A stretch of DNA of 64,000 nucleotides from a virus. Position 1 is the stretch's first letter. Every line of letters starts with the position of its first letter. Below are positions 1-9,845 of the stretch, in pieces. The stretch is from IMG/VR virus record IMGVR_UViG_3300036859_000186, positions 1 to 64,000 of that record. One strand, given 5' to 3'. The notes under the pieces were generated by a model. That model had not been told where the DNA came from. It did not search any database and worked only from the letters and a program-made list of their open reading frames with translations. Position numbers and translations under genes: made by a program.

Positions 1-21
1 TTTTTTTTTGGTCTCTAGACG

Positions 22-411
22 CTAGTCTTCACAAATGTGAAAGCTTGAGGGGTCACTCTTAAGGAACTGAGCAAGCTTCTTATCTTCTAGTCGCTCTTTG
101 ACGTATTCTGCACCGTTGATGTTGAAGATGATTGCAGCAGCATGATCTTCGTCGGTATCACCTTGATACCACTGCATCAGATGTCGAAGGGCTGACTCCT
201 TGAACCGCTCCAGCTCTTCTTGGCCATTACCTTTCAGCCAGTTCCGCTTGCCGTATTTGACGGCACCCTTAGTGAGGTGGATAGCATAACGCTTAAACAT
301 AGGGCCGTCGATTGCAAGAGAGTAATCGATCTTCCCCTCCGTCAGGTCTCGTTTCATGCCGGACGCGAATTCCATACGCTTGCCGCTATCCTTGACCTCA
401 AATTCGTTCAT
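22..411 (-). CDS. dATP/dGTP diphosphohydrolase-like protein (DUF5664 family)
   Basis: Family-typical motifs GAVKYGKRNW, SALRHL, DHAAA. Confidence 0.75.
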   Translation of the reverse strand: MNEFEVKDSGKRMEFASGMKRDLTEGKIDYSLAIDGPMFKRYAIHLTKGAVKYGKRNWLKGNGQEELERFKESALRHLMQWYQGDTDEDHAAAIIFNINGAEYVKERLEDKKLAQFLKSDPSSFHICED

Positions 412-419
412 TCTGCCTC

Positions 420-659
420 CTACTTGATGACAACTACCCCATTTCGTTTGCGGGTGACGATGCCCATGCCCTTCACGATGGCACGGGGTTGCCGAGCGGT
501 GTCACCCTTGTAGATAGTCTTGGTTGGAACTTGGCAATCAACCGATCTACATGGGATGCAGCGCCCGTTTGCATGGACAGTCCAGATATCGGGCTGACCC
601 CGCTGCATACCAATGCGATTGAAGTGGTAGAAGAACGACCGAGGCTTAGATGATGACAT
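420..659 (-). CDS. hypothetical phage protein
   Basis: Fits the tightly packed leftward operon; start moved to MSSSKP. Confidence 0.5.
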   Translation of the reverse strand: MSSSKPRSFFYHFNRIGMQRGQPDIWTVHANGRCIPCRSVDCQVPTKTIYKGDTARQPRAIVKGMGIVTRKRNGVVVIK

Positions 660-897
660 CGCTACCGTCCAGTGTCCATTTTTGAGGAAGCGTATACTCA
701 AGAGCTTCCATGTTAACGCGATAGACCTCAAAGTCAGGAATGAGATCCTTTTCTAAGAGGGCCTGTAAAACATCTTCCTCATCAAGGCTGTGATTTTGAT
801 AGACTAAGCATCCATTTATATAGAGGCCAGTCCAGTCGCTATCCTCAGACTTGACAAGAATGATGCGTGCATCTTGCTTATTTGATGCCGCGGGCAC
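646..897 (-). CDS. hypothetical protein
   Basis: Overlapping operon packing. Confidence 0.5.
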   Translation of the reverse strand: MPAASNKQDARIILVKSEDSDWTGLYINGCLVYQNHSLDEEDVLQALLEKDLIPDFEVYRVNMEALEYTLPQKWTLDGSDVII

Positions 898-1300
898 CGA
901 ATCGCTCCGTTACTTTACCGAATTCGGGGTGGCGTGATTCTAGCTTCTCTCGGTTGACCTGAAGGACCTCTTCGGGAGTCAGACCCATCAGCTCAACGGT
1001 CTTGAGCCAGTAATACATCACGTCGCCAAGCTCGGAACACACGCTGTCGCGGTAGTTCTTGGCGTCCTTCGTGTGGAAGAAGAACTTCTTGAACTGGTCG
1101 GCGACTTCACCGCTCTCGCCCGCAAGGCCAAGAACAGCATTCATGAGTTCCTTGTCTGTGGTGTCACAGCGCCCGGCGAAATTCCACGAAACGTTAACCA
1201 CTTCGTCTAAGTGGCGTTTCAGCAGGTTGCTCCCCACTGCGTAGCCATTGCCTGTCCTTTCGTCGTTAGTTGACACTCGGCTCTTCCTCCTCTTGGACAA
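878..1300 (-). CDS. mazG: MazG-like nucleotide pyrophosphohydrolase
   Basis: LGLAGESGEVAD...ELGDVMYY...NREKLESR. Confidence 0.85.
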   Translation of the reverse strand: MSKRRKSRVSTNDERTGNGYAVGSNLLKRHLDEVVNVSWNFAGRCDTTDKELMNAVLGLAGESGEVADQFKKFFFHTKDAKNYRDSVCSELGDVMYYWLKTVELMGLTPEEVLQVNREKLESRHPEFGKVTERFGARGIK

Positions 1301-1496
1301 GTTTACGGACCTTCAGAGATGCAATCTGGATTGCACGGGCAGCGTCGTTGCTGTCCATGAAGGCATACATCATCATTAGGTAGAACTCTTTACCGAACAC
1401 ATCGCCAATCATTTCGATGGTGAGGTCTTGTCCGGCAGCAAGCTGCTCAGATACCGCTTTGAATGCGGCCTTACTCGGATACTTCGTCGTCGCCAT
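1266..1496 (-). CDS. hypothetical protein
   Basis: ATG preceded by GGAGG; operon packing. Confidence 0.5.
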   Translation of the reverse strand: MATTKYPSKAAFKAVSEQLAAGQDLTIEMIGDVFGKEFYLMMMYAFMDSNDAARAIQIASLKVRKLVQEEEEPSVN

Positions 1497-1644
1497 CTAG
1501 GGCCTCCAGCTTAAAGGTGACCCAGTCAAGGTCGGTGAGGGTCAGGTCGCCAGTCTCGTCGTCGATAAAGTAGGCGTCCTGTGGCACAGCATTGATGAGT
1601 TCCTGATAATCACGTTCTGTGATCGTAATGATTGTGTGTTCCAT
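1471..1644 (-). CDS. small acidic hypothetical protein (not in ORF track)
   Basis: AGGAGGAG then ATG GAA CAC; 57 aa MEHTIITITERDYQEL... Confidence 0.5.
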   Translation of the reverse strand: MEHTIITITERDYQELINAVPQDAYFIDDETGDLTLTDLDWVTFKLEALDGDDEVSE

Positions 1645-1652
1645 GTCTCCTC

Positions 1653-2276
1653 CTATAGGATTATGAGTTCTGAGTTTATGAGGGCTTCAGTGACAGAGTA
1701 GACAACCTTCAGGCCCTCACGACCCTCCCGGTTGTATGGTGCATCAAACAGGTAGATGTTGTTGGTCGCGTGGAAGTCCTGATTTCCGTTGAAATGGTTG
1801 TCCACCATCCGAATGGTCTCTAGTTTGTCGTCCACAAAGAACTCGATCCCCAAATCCTTGATGAGGGGAAGCTTGTTCTTGTAATCTGACACCACGAGGA
1901 CCGATGGAAACTCCATTCCATGTGCGTAGAGCCACTCCTCAGTCTGATACTTGACCTTTTTGCCTGTCCGCTGAGTGATGAAGCACACATCGTGCTCCTC
2001 AGACAGCTTGTTCAGCTCAAAGAGGTCGTTCTCAGCGTTTGGAGTGGCTCTCAAGTTGGCCCAGAAGGTCGTAGAGGGGTGGATAACTTCGTCCCAAGCC
2101 CTCTTGACCAGTTCCTGACCGTAGTAGCGCTTGTCCCAGTCCCATTCTTGTGGGAACTTGGGATCTTCGGCCCATCCAGCAGGTAGTTGGTCCCGTCCGG
2201 CGAGTTCTTTGAGAACTCCAGCGTGCCCCCAGGTGAAATCCGCGAGCACGCCGTCGATATCAATTGCTAGCTTAAT
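1653..2276 (-). CDS. HAD-family 5'(3')-deoxyribonucleotidase-like phosphatase, probable ATT start
   Basis: In-frame KLAIDIDGVLAD (HAD motif I) upstream of the listed GTG; ITQR, FFVDD, APYN motifs; AAGGAG 7 nt before ATT at 2276. Confidence 0.8.
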   Translation of the reverse strand: MKLAIDIDGVLADFTWGHAGVLKELAGRDQLPAGWAEDPKFPQEWDWDKRYYGQELVKRAWDEVIHPSTTFWANLRATPNAENDLFELNKLSEEHDVCFITQRTGKKVKYQTEEWLYAHGMEFPSVLVVSDYKNKLPLIKDLGIEFFVDDKLETIRMVDNHFNGNQDFHATNNIYLFDAPYNREGREGLKVVYSVTEALINSELIIL

Positions 2277-2291
2277 GATCGGACTCCTTTC

Positions 2292-2525
2292 CTAGATAGC
2301 ACGATACAAAGTTCTCTTGTGTAAAACATTTGGTGTGGCTTTGTCTAAACGGGCTTCCTCTTTGTCAAGTGCTGCCATTGCAGACTCAAGAGAACCATAA
2401 TCGTTTACATACTCCCAATAATTATTCTTGGCATTAAAACACTGAATAACGAACACAGCAGTTTTGTCAATGCTCTGTTTTCTTATGACCCGATAGCATC
2501 CAGCAATAGTACGATCAACTCCCAT
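2292..2525 (-). CDS. hypothetical protein
   Basis: GAGGAG RBS, ATG. Confidence 0.5.
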   Translation of the reverse strand: MGVDRTIAGCYRVIRKQSIDKTAVFVIQCFNAKNNYWEYVNDYGSLESAMAALDKEEARLDKATPNVLHKRTLYRAI

Positions 2526-2692
2526 ATTGTCTCCTCTTCTCTAATGCAGCAAACCCCATCGTTGTCTAATGAGATAGTTTTCGCTATGTTTGCCTGTCAA
2601 CATGTATTGTGCGGCTGGGCAGAGTTGTTCGTGCTTGAGCTTTTCTTCTTCGGTTGAAAACGATGCCCCACAGATTGCCTGATGTTCACACT

Positions 2693-5488
2693 TTAGTGCA
2701 TCTGACCCCATCTGTAACCTCGTTTGGCCTCAGTGAGAATGTTTAGGCATGGTCCCATGTCATAGGAGGCTGGTAGGGCTAGCTCTGGAATGGGTTTCTC
2801 CATTTCTTCCAGCATAACAGCATCCACGCGGTCTGTCAACTCTTCAGGCACTTCTGTGAACAGCTCATCATGGATGAGGAGTCGCAGATACTGTCCGGCC
2901 TCTTCAAAGCGGTCAAAGTAGAGCCTCAGCATGGCCTCTTTGATGATACCAGCCGCTGTGGACTGTGGCCCGAAAGCAATGACCTTGTTAGCGTCGGGTC
3001 CAGGCTCCTTTTGCCACTCTCCCCCCACTTTCTCCCAATCGTAAACGCGGGAGAATCTGTGAACGTAGCCGAATGGGTTTCGGACGAAGCCGTCCTTGTC
3101 TGCTTGGGCCAGAACATCCTTGTGCCACTGCTTGATGCCGGGGAACAGTTCAAAGTAGACCCCCATAACCCGACCAACAAGGGCCACATTATATGAGATA
3201 CCCGTTTCTAGCAGGATCTTCTCGGCTGCGCCCTTTGGACCCTGCATGAAGTTGGCCCCGTGGACCAAATGTTTATAGAGACTGTTACGATCCTTCTTGA
3301 ACTCGCTTTTAATCTCCCCTAAACGCTTGGCTAGCTTATGATCGTCCCACGAAAGGAGGGGTAGATCGTTCGCACTGATACGCCCATCCAGCTGATGCAG
3401 CGCATATGCAGTATAGAAGCTGTGGACATCCATCTTCGCAAGCCGGATATAATCCTTTAGCCTTGCAAAGTAACCCACCAAGACGGCCTCGATACCCGAG
3501 TAGTCCCTAGCCAGGAATATGTGACCTGGACGAGCCACAATCATGTTACGAATGATTGAGTTACGATCATCTGGCCCTGCAGGACGCGGCAGCTGTTGAA
3601 GGGGTGGATTTTGACATGCCGAACGCAGCGTGCTTGGATTATGGGTAAAAGTTGGCTTGATCACACCATCTTTATCCGTAGTGAGTCCGCCACGTATCCT
3701 CCCATTTTCTGTGATCCCAATGTATTTGCTCAGTAGGCCCTGAACTTGGCGGTGTTCGAGGATGAAAGGATACATGCGGTCCTCAGGATACTTCTTGAGC
3801 AGCCGTAGGATGGCCTTCTCATCGAACGTGATGGTGCCCTTCTTCGCGTCTCGGATGGCTTGGTGCTTGACTGCCTTCTGATACGACTGCATGGCCTTGT
3901 TGGAGATTTTGAACTCCAACGGCTTGGCCCAGAACTCCTTGGTGACCTCAATTTCGAGCTTGTCAGCCCCCAAACATGGGTTCTCGGGCTCGCCAGCCTT
4001 CAGTTTCTTCTTCCCAATCGACTTAAAATGGGCCGCTTTGGGCTCTGGAAGGCCGCAGGAGCGACAACCGGGGACCACAACGACTTGAACCACCTTTTGA
4101 AGGCCGTCCGTCGATTTGGGGGTCTTCTTGTAGACTTTGACCTTCCTCACTTCGTTGGGAAGGACGGCTTCCATGCTCTCTTTGATACCAACTAGCTCAG
4201 CAGCTAGCTTCGTCTCAGCCTCATCACGCATCTGACGGTCGAGGAGGACGCCCTGAGAGCGCATGTAAGCGAAGATTTTGTTAAGTTGGATGACATGCCG
4301 GTCAAAGACGTGCCATAGGTCGTTGTTCTTTAGGTCCTCTCTTATGCCAACGTAATTACGTAGCGCCATGTCGGCGTCTTTTGCGTTGTAAAAGGCTGGC
4401 TCAGAGTCTGCGAGGTGCTTCCACATCGAAGAATTTTGAGCGTAGAAAGGTGTGACGAATCCAAGAGCCTTTGGTAGCGACGTGTTAAGGACGTGCCACG
4501 CCAGCATTCCGTCAATAGAGATACCATTGAAGGGCATTTGTGCACGAACGCGTGGATCGTCGTAGTTTTCGTTGTTCCACCCCAGCTTAGCGACGTTTGA
4601 CGTGAAAAGTCGCTCAATATGGGGGATATATTCAGCAGTCCAGGGAACCGAAACAGTGGATGATGGACGATACGAAAAGGAACATCGGAGGATCGTGTAA
4701 TCGTCATCGGACTCCTTGCTTACGGTTTCCTCATCCTTCCCCTTCTTGAAGGGAGTCTCAATATCGTATGAGAGGACGATTTCCGACTCGTCATGGCCCT
4801 CAATGATGCCTAGGAACGTGTCGACCCACGCTCCGAAGTCCTTAGGTTGGGGATCGAGGGAGTATTCGATCTTCTCGTGCTCGTAACCACGTTCGGCAAT
4901 CTCCACCGCACGCTTTGCGGCGAACTGCAAGACGGGAATCAGGTGATTGTAGCCCCTAATGAGGTATGCCGGATGGTAGGTGGCGACGACCCATGCCTCA
5001 TACTTCTGGGACCACATCGGATAGTTGATGTAGTCGTGCTTGAAGAACGGATCTTTGGGATCTTCGAACCCCATGATCCGCATGAACGCAGTTTTGCCCA
5101 GGGTCAGGATGGTGAAGGTCCGACCGTTGGCTTTGGCGGCCTCGCGGGCGCGTGCGTTATCAGCGTCTAGATTCGGGGCACAGTGCTTAATGCAGACTCG
5201 CTCCCAGGGCATCCCCGACAGCTTGTTGTTCGGAGGGCGGCACTTCAGGACGTTCGAAATGGTGAAGTGCTCCCTTTTGAGGCCCACCCGGTTAAGGGCG
5301 TTGAAGAGATAGTGGCCGGACTTGCCCACGAAGGCCATGCCAGCCTTCTCTTCATTCTCACCAAGGGCCTCCCCAACGATCATGACGCCGTATGAGCCAT
5401 CTCCGTCGGGAAAAGAAAAGCCCACCTTCTGACCGTAGGGCGGTTCAAAAAGTGGGCAACCTTCGCAAGTTTTAGGTTTCGGTATCAT
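2693..5488 (-). CDS. polA: DNA polymerase family A with N-terminal family-4 uracil-DNA glycosylase domain and 3'-5' exonuclease
   Basis: UDG: CEGCPL, VGEALGENE, FVGKSG, CRPPNN, YHPAY; Exo: YDIET, YNAKDAD; Pol: DYSGIE, KHLVHGANF, IHDE. Confidence 0.95.
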   Translation of the reverse strand: MIPKPKTCEGCPLFEPPYGQKVGFSFPDGDGSYGVMIVGEALGENEEKAGMAFVGKSGHYLFNALNRVGLKREHFTISNVLKCRPPNNKLSGMPWERVCIKHCAPNLDADNARAREAAKANGRTFTILTLGKTAFMRIMGFEDPKDPFFKHDYINYPMWSQKYEAWVVATYHPAYLIRGYNHLIPVLQFAAKRAVEIAERGYEHEKIEYSLDPQPKDFGAWVDTFLGIIEGHDESEIVLSYDIETPFKKGKDEETVSKESDDDYTILRCSFSYRPSSTVSVPWTAEYIPHIERLFTSNVAKLGWNNENYDDPRVRAQMPFNGISIDGMLAWHVLNTSLPKALGFVTPFYAQNSSMWKHLADSEPAFYNAKDADMALRNYVGIREDLKNNDLWHVFDRHVIQLNKIFAYMRSQGVLLDRQMRDEAETKLAAELVGIKESMEAVLPNEVRKVKVYKKTPKSTDGLQKVVQVVVVPGCRSCGLPEPKAAHFKSIGKKKLKAGEPENPCLGADKLEIEVTKEFWAKPLEFKISNKAMQSYQKAVKHQAIRDAKKGTITFDEKAILRLLKKYPEDRMYPFILEHRQVQGLLSKYIGITENGRIRGGLTTDKDGVIKPTFTHNPSTLRSACQNPPLQQLPRPAGPDDRNSIIRNMIVARPGHIFLARDYSGIEAVLVGYFARLKDYIRLAKMDVHSFYTAYALHQLDGRISANDLPLLSWDDHKLAKRLGEIKSEFKKDRNSLYKHLVHGANFMQGPKGAAEKILLETGISYNVALVGRVMGVYFELFPGIKQWHKDVLAQADKDGFVRNPFGYVHRFSRVYDWEKVGGEWQKEPGPDANKVIAFGPQSTAAGIIKEAMLRLYFDRFEEAGQYLRLLIHDELFTEVPEELTDRVDAVMLEEMEKPIPELALPASYDMGPCLNILTEAKRGYRWGQMH

Positions 5489-5912
5489 CTGACCTCTTGT
5501 AAGTTTTCCAGTATTCGTGTAGATACGACTTCATATACGCTTTTCTGTTTGGTCGTAAATGTCTCGGGACTGGATTCTGAGGGTGATGAATATAAGCATG
5601 CTTTACCATATCCACGCACTCTAGATTGGCAATTTCATTATTAGTGAAATCACCATCTTTATGATGGATATGGTGTCCTGGAGGAATCGGGCCGTGGATT
5701 CTGATCCAAATCTTTCGGGCCTGTGCTCGACAAGTTCGCCAGTGTGTTGTAGCCTTTAAAGGCTTAGCTAGCCGTATTGCTTCTGATCTAGAGCGACAAT
5801 GTCCCTTACAAATTCTGTGAATTGTAGATTTGCCATAACCAGTTTGAGCAGCAATTTGCCTTGTGCTTAAACCTTGTTCGTATAGCTTTAGAATATCAGG
5901 TTTTGGAATCAT
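5472..5912 (-). CDS. HNH homing endonuclease with N-terminal HTH
   Basis: LSTRQIA HTH; IHHKDGDFTNNEIANL. Confidence 0.85.
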   Translation of the reverse strand: MIPKPDILKLYEQGLSTRQIAAQTGYGKSTIHRICKGHCRSRSEAIRLAKPLKATTHWRTCRAQARKIWIRIHGPIPPGHHIHHKDGDFTNNEIANLECVDMVKHAYIHHPQNPVPRHLRPNRKAYMKSYLHEYWKTYKRSDDTET

Positions 5913-6330
5913 TCGGGAAGTCTATGACGTGGACGTTATCCGGTAGATTGTAGAGGAAAGGTTGAATCTCTTTCCAGGTGCGACCCCCATTCCCACATCC
6001 GGGCCGGGGCATCACATACGTTTTGTCTTGTTCTAGCTGGGCCATGAACTCGCCCACCGAACGCTCTATAAGGTCCAGGTTAGCTCGCTCATACCAGTGA
6101 TGCTTCACCGGAAAGGTGAAAAGTCTCTGCGGGGTGAACTTGTGGACATGGTTTCCATGTCTTAGAATGCGTTCACCAAGCCATGTGGGGAACTTGGGAT
6201 ACATTTTGGCTGCCTCTTTAGCACAGCCACGCCCCATCACGCATTCACCATTCGTTTTGATGGTGCCGTTGGTCGTAATGACCCGCCAATCAGCAGGATA
6301 GGTCCACAGATTCCCCTTAACTTCGATCAT
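5896..6330 (-). CDS. macrodomain (ADP-ribose-binding/hydrolase) protein
   Basis: GNLW, TTNG, MGRGCA, FPVKHHW, PRPGCGNGG. Confidence 0.85.
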   Translation of the reverse strand: MIEVKGNLWTYPADWRVITTNGTIKTNGECVMGRGCAKEAAKMYPKFPTWLGERILRHGNHVHKFTPQRLFTFPVKHHWYERANLDLIERSVGEFMAQLEQDKTYVMPRPGCGNGGRTWKEIQPFLYNLPDNVHVIDFPNDSKT

Positions 6331-6605
6331 TCGAGCCCCCACAGTCGCTTGACCCTCTTAACACATCCCATTGGGATAGTGTGGACGATACCGAAGGTGT
6401 CATCGAAAGTTGGAGATTGTTTCTGCACTAGGACGATGTAGTCGTCGGTCTGTTTGAAGACGTAGCCGACGGAACGGCAGATAGCGATCTTGTATTCCTT
6501 CTCGACCTCTTCGCGGGTCATCCAGCCCTGATTTTGGGTGGTAATGTCTTCCCATTCGACCTCTACTAGACGCTTCAGAGGGAATTTAGCCTTCTCCGGG
6601 TTCAT
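6327..6605 (-). CDS. conserved phage protein (VEWED...SVGY...IP family)
   Basis: Common small phage protein pattern. Confidence 0.55.
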   Translation of the reverse strand: MNPEKAKFPLKRLVEVEWEDITTQNQGWMTREEVEKEYKIAICRSVGYVFKQTDDYIVLVQKQSPTFDDTFGIVHTIPMGCVKRVKRLWGLE

Positions 6606-7096
6606 TCGTTTCTCCAATCCCAGACCGAATACCCACCGGGTATGTCTGGTCCGTAGAGAAGGATTGCACAGTCTTTCGGGTAGGGGTCAGAGGCCCCCAC
6701 AAATGTCGGTCGTCCGTTCAGGAATAGGACATGCGCGACGTTGTGAACATGGTCCCGCCACCAGTTTGAACCAACAGCGGCTGGGACGAGCATGACGACG
6801 TGGGCTGCATTGTTCTCAACCTCAGCCATGGCTTTGAGGGTCCAAGGGGCGATACGGCCGAAGGGTGGGTTACAGTAGGCCCACCCATAGCCAACTGTCC
6901 ATCGCTGAACTAGGCTGTTCAATTGCTCGTCATAGAACATCGGTGCCACGGCGTTCTTGGTGTCCGCTGCTAGGTCTATGGTGAAGTCCTCAATACCCAA
7001 GCGGCGTTTGATTGCCCTGAGGAGTATGGGAGGGGTGCAATAGTCCTGTTTGGACTTACCCGGTTTCTGACGAGGGAAACTTTTAGCCACCAACAA
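6602..7096 (-). CDS. phage DNA N6-adenine methyltransferase (Dam-like)
   Basis: YCTP, IDLAA, CNPPF catalytic motif, LVPA. Confidence 0.85.
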   Translation of the reverse strand: MLVAKSFPRQKPGKSKQDYCTPPILLRAIKRRLGIEDFTIDLAADTKNAVAPMFYDEQLNSLVQRWTVGYGWAYCNPPFGRIAPWTLKAMAEVENNAAHVVMLVPAAVGSNWWRDHVHNVAHVLFLNGRPTFVGASDPYPKDCAILLYGPDIPGGYSVWDWRNE

Positions 7097-7544
7097 TTCC
7101 TCTCTGATTAAGCTGTTTCATGCTGTTATATATCTGTGACTGATCATCATGCTCTTCTACAGATAATCCAACTGATCCAGTTCGTCTTCCATGCTTGTCT
7201 AGGTATGATAACAACAATATAGCTCTATCTCGTTTCAACCTTAAATATGGAAAGATTGGAACTAGAACTTTACGTATTTGTTGACCCCAAACAGTCCAGC
7301 TATAACCTTGCTTGCGGTTAGAAGCATTCATCTTTTTAGCACGTATAGATCCTACACTAAAATACTCTTGCAAATCCTTTAGTAGTTGAAGATCAGTATT
7401 GCTGACATCTAGATATGGACAAAATCTGAACCCTATTTTAGAGGTTTTACTCTTGTGTCTGGTGATAGTAAGACACCCTTCCCCATCAATTATACCTGCA
7501 ACGTATGCATGACATAATTCTTTTTGACGAGGCATCGTTGACAT
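7083..7544 (-). CDS. LAGLIDADG homing endonuclease
   Basis: YVAGIIDGEGC; PYLRLKR. Confidence 0.9.
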   Translation of the reverse strand: MSTMPRQKELCHAYVAGIIDGEGCLTITRHKSKTSKIGFRFCPYLDVSNTDLQLLKDLQEYFSVGSIRAKKMNASNRKQGYSWTVWGQQIRKVLVPIFPYLRLKRDRAILLLSYLDKHGRRTGSVGLSVEEHDDQSQIYNSMKQLNQRGIVGG

Positions 7545-7547
7545 AGC

Positions 7548-7832
7548 TTAGTTCAGTGTGATTTTGGGGTCGTTGGGGTCGCCCACGATTGGGCCGTTCA
7601 TGACCTCTGCACCATGCAGGATCAACACGATGAACTGAGAGACTTCTTGCACCTTCTCTTGAAGCTCTTGCGGGGTGATTTCCGGCTTCATTGAGATTAG
7701 GATCATGGAGATAAGTGCCATCAGCGCATGAGCCATGGGGACCCCATCAAGCACGTCATCGACGCGCATGATGATTTCGCCAATTTCCTTGCCTGTTGCT
7801 GATGTTCTGATAAGTGTTGGTGTATCGCTCAT
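7548..7832 (-). CDS. hypothetical protein
   Basis: Operon packing. Confidence 0.5.
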   Translation of the reverse strand: MSDTPTLIRTSATGKEIGEIIMRVDDVLDGVPMAHALMALISMILISMKPEITPQELQEKVQEVSQFIVLILHGAEVMNGPIVGDPNDPKITLN

Positions 7833-7936
7833 TAGAGCCTTTCCAAAGGGGTTCATATTCGCCCTTAAATAAGGATGCCCGGCATTGCACCGGGCTGAGG
7901 GTTTCTAAACCCTTAAGTCTTTCTTGATGGGGTGTT

Positions 7937-8530
7937 TTATGCCCCGGCTGGAATGTAACGGTCCACTTGAAGATTGGCTCGGAGGCGTAGGGGTTTACCG
8001 TCCTCACCCTTCTCTGTGGGGTCTTCCACCCACGACTGGTATCCACCAATGACGTTGCCGTCCTTGTCACGTCGTGGAGGGAAATTCTTCATGCCTTCGA
8101 CCGTGAAACCAGTGTTCTTGTTATATGCGCGCCAGTCAACGTCTACCTGATAGACTGCGTTGGCTGTGCGCTCAACCGCATCGGCTAGCGACTGTGGGTC
8201 GCCAGTAACCTGAACCCTCATTCCGCAGGCTCGGAGGTAGTCTCCAAGCTGTGAAACGTCAGCACCTGATCGCTTGTAGGTCTTTGCTGAGACTTTAGTG
8301 AATCGGATTTGGAAGCCCTCGTTAGTTGGGCCAACAATCGTGGGGTCAATCTGGGCGGACAGGAAGCCAGCCTTAGTTGCACCAAACGCCGTATCTGGAA
8401 AGGACTCGGGAGCCCGCACCGTATATCGGCCAGCCTCAGGCAGCTGGAACCCCGTCTTCACATCAGCGTAGATTTCGAGGTCCAGCGGTGCCGACGTGTT
8501 CAGTTGTCCGAGACGAGAAATATCAGCCAT
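7937..8530 (-). CDS. putative single-stranded DNA-binding protein (DUF669-like)
   Basis: LPEAGRYTVR pattern; directly downstream of Sak4-like ATPase. Confidence 0.55.
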   Translation of the reverse strand: MADISRLGQLNTSAPLDLEIYADVKTGFQLPEAGRYTVRAPESFPDTAFGATKAGFLSAQIDPTIVGPTNEGFQIRFTKVSAKTYKRSGADVSQLGDYLRACGMRVQVTGDPQSLADAVERTANAVYQVDVDWRAYNKNTGFTVEGMKNFPPRRDKDGNVIGGYQSWVEDPTEKGEDGKPLRLRANLQVDRYIPAGA

Positions 8531-8595
8531 TCATTCACTCCTATTGTTCACGATTTGTAAAGCAAGTGGTTGTCAGCAAGAGAAGCATACCATGC

Positions 8596-9477
8596 TTATC
8601 CTTTGATGTCAAGCCGCTTGCGGATTGCGTCAATGGCCGTCTTCTTGCCTCCCTCCAGGAGGGTAAGTGCCTTGACGATTGATGCAGGTTCTATTTGAAT
8701 TGCTTCGAGTTTAGCTGCATCGAGGGGCAGTCGAATATTGCCTAGACCGGCAGCGTTCCCTGCTCCCACATCTACGTGGTTGCCCATGTAGAGGATATGA
8801 CGCTCAGGCTTGCCCTGCTGGGCAGGTAGAACGTCGATTCTGAAGGTGTAATTAAACCACCGGGGGACCTCAGATGTGAGGGCCTTACCGATGACATCGG
8901 GACCGAGCACCTTACCAGCAGCGGTGGCGTCCTCATCCTTCGAGACTGAGGATGTCCACATGATATAGGATGCATCGAGCTTCTGGGATGCCCAAATCTT
9001 CTCAGTCATGAACCCCTGTGCCACACCGAAGTGTGCCATGTTCGAGCCGCTGACCTTGAGCGTTTCGTTGTCGCCGGATACCTGGAAACTAATGTTTGCG
9101 CCCCCACCGATGTTCACGTTCTGGGCTGCCTTGGCCTTCATGTCTTCCATGAGTTCCTCAGCGAAGGACCGCATCGACTCAAAGGCGAACATGCCAATCT
9201 GACCGTTCTCTCCCTTCACCCACTTGCCTGCACTGTCACGAACGTTGCCCTGGACAGCGTTATTCAAGAAGATCCAAGGAGATGTGGTCCCCAATTGAAT
9301 GGGCTCGATGAGTCCAAGCTCGATATATGGTGTAACTGTGTCGATACCACCCTTATCGGCAGTATAGAGGCGGGTCTTCTTGCCGGTTGTCTTGTAGACG
9401 AACTCGGCCATCTCTCCCACCATTGCTGTCTTACCGCTATTTGTGCGGCCGTAAAGTAGGATGGTCTTCTTAGACAT
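8596..9477 (-). CDS. AAA_24/Sak4-like P-loop ATPase
   Basis: LLYGRTNSGKT Walker A; GPDVIGKALT. Confidence 0.75.
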   Translation of the reverse strand: MSKKTILLYGRTNSGKTAMVGEMAEFVYKTTGKKTRLYTADKGGIDTVTPYIELGLIEPIQLGTTSPWIFLNNAVQGNVRDSAGKWVKGENGQIGMFAFESMRSFAEELMEDMKAKAAQNVNIGGGANISFQVSGDNETLKVSGSNMAHFGVAQGFMTEKIWASQKLDASYIMWTSSVSKDEDATAAGKVLGPDVIGKALTSEVPRWFNYTFRIDVLPAQQGKPERHILYMGNHVDVGAGNAAGLGNIRLPLDAAKLEAIQIEPASIVKALTLLEGGKKTAIDAIRKRLDIKG

Positions 9478-9845
9478 GCTTCCTCATCACTTCGTATGGA
9501 GATCCAGGCTCTTCACCTTCCAGTTGTCCCATGTGGGTTACTTCAATAGCTCCCACACCCTCCATGAAGGATACACCATCGGTAAGTTTGTTGATGAGGG
9601 TGTCGATACTTGGTCCTTTTGCTCCTCGTTCACATTCAATGGCGATAAGGAAGCCGTGGGTTTCAAGCGGCACCTCTTCTCCACTATCTTTACGTTGTAA
9701 CATCCCTTCAAATCCCTTCTTCGTAGGGCTTTCTCCAATGCAACCTCATCTTTGTTAGCACGAACGATGACGGTCTTTTTGGTAGAATGCCAACTCGCTT
9801 TGATTACGTAGTCGTATTCCATCGAGTCCAACGATGATAGCACAC

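Noticed and set aside
1-10. Poly-T run at window start
   Set aside because: Context is truncated; cannot distinguish a terminator tail from an assembly edge
22-1300. 2-aminoadenine (Z) or 7-deazaguanine genome pathway
   Set aside because: Nucleotide hydrolases are present, but no PurZ or Que/DpdA genes in the window
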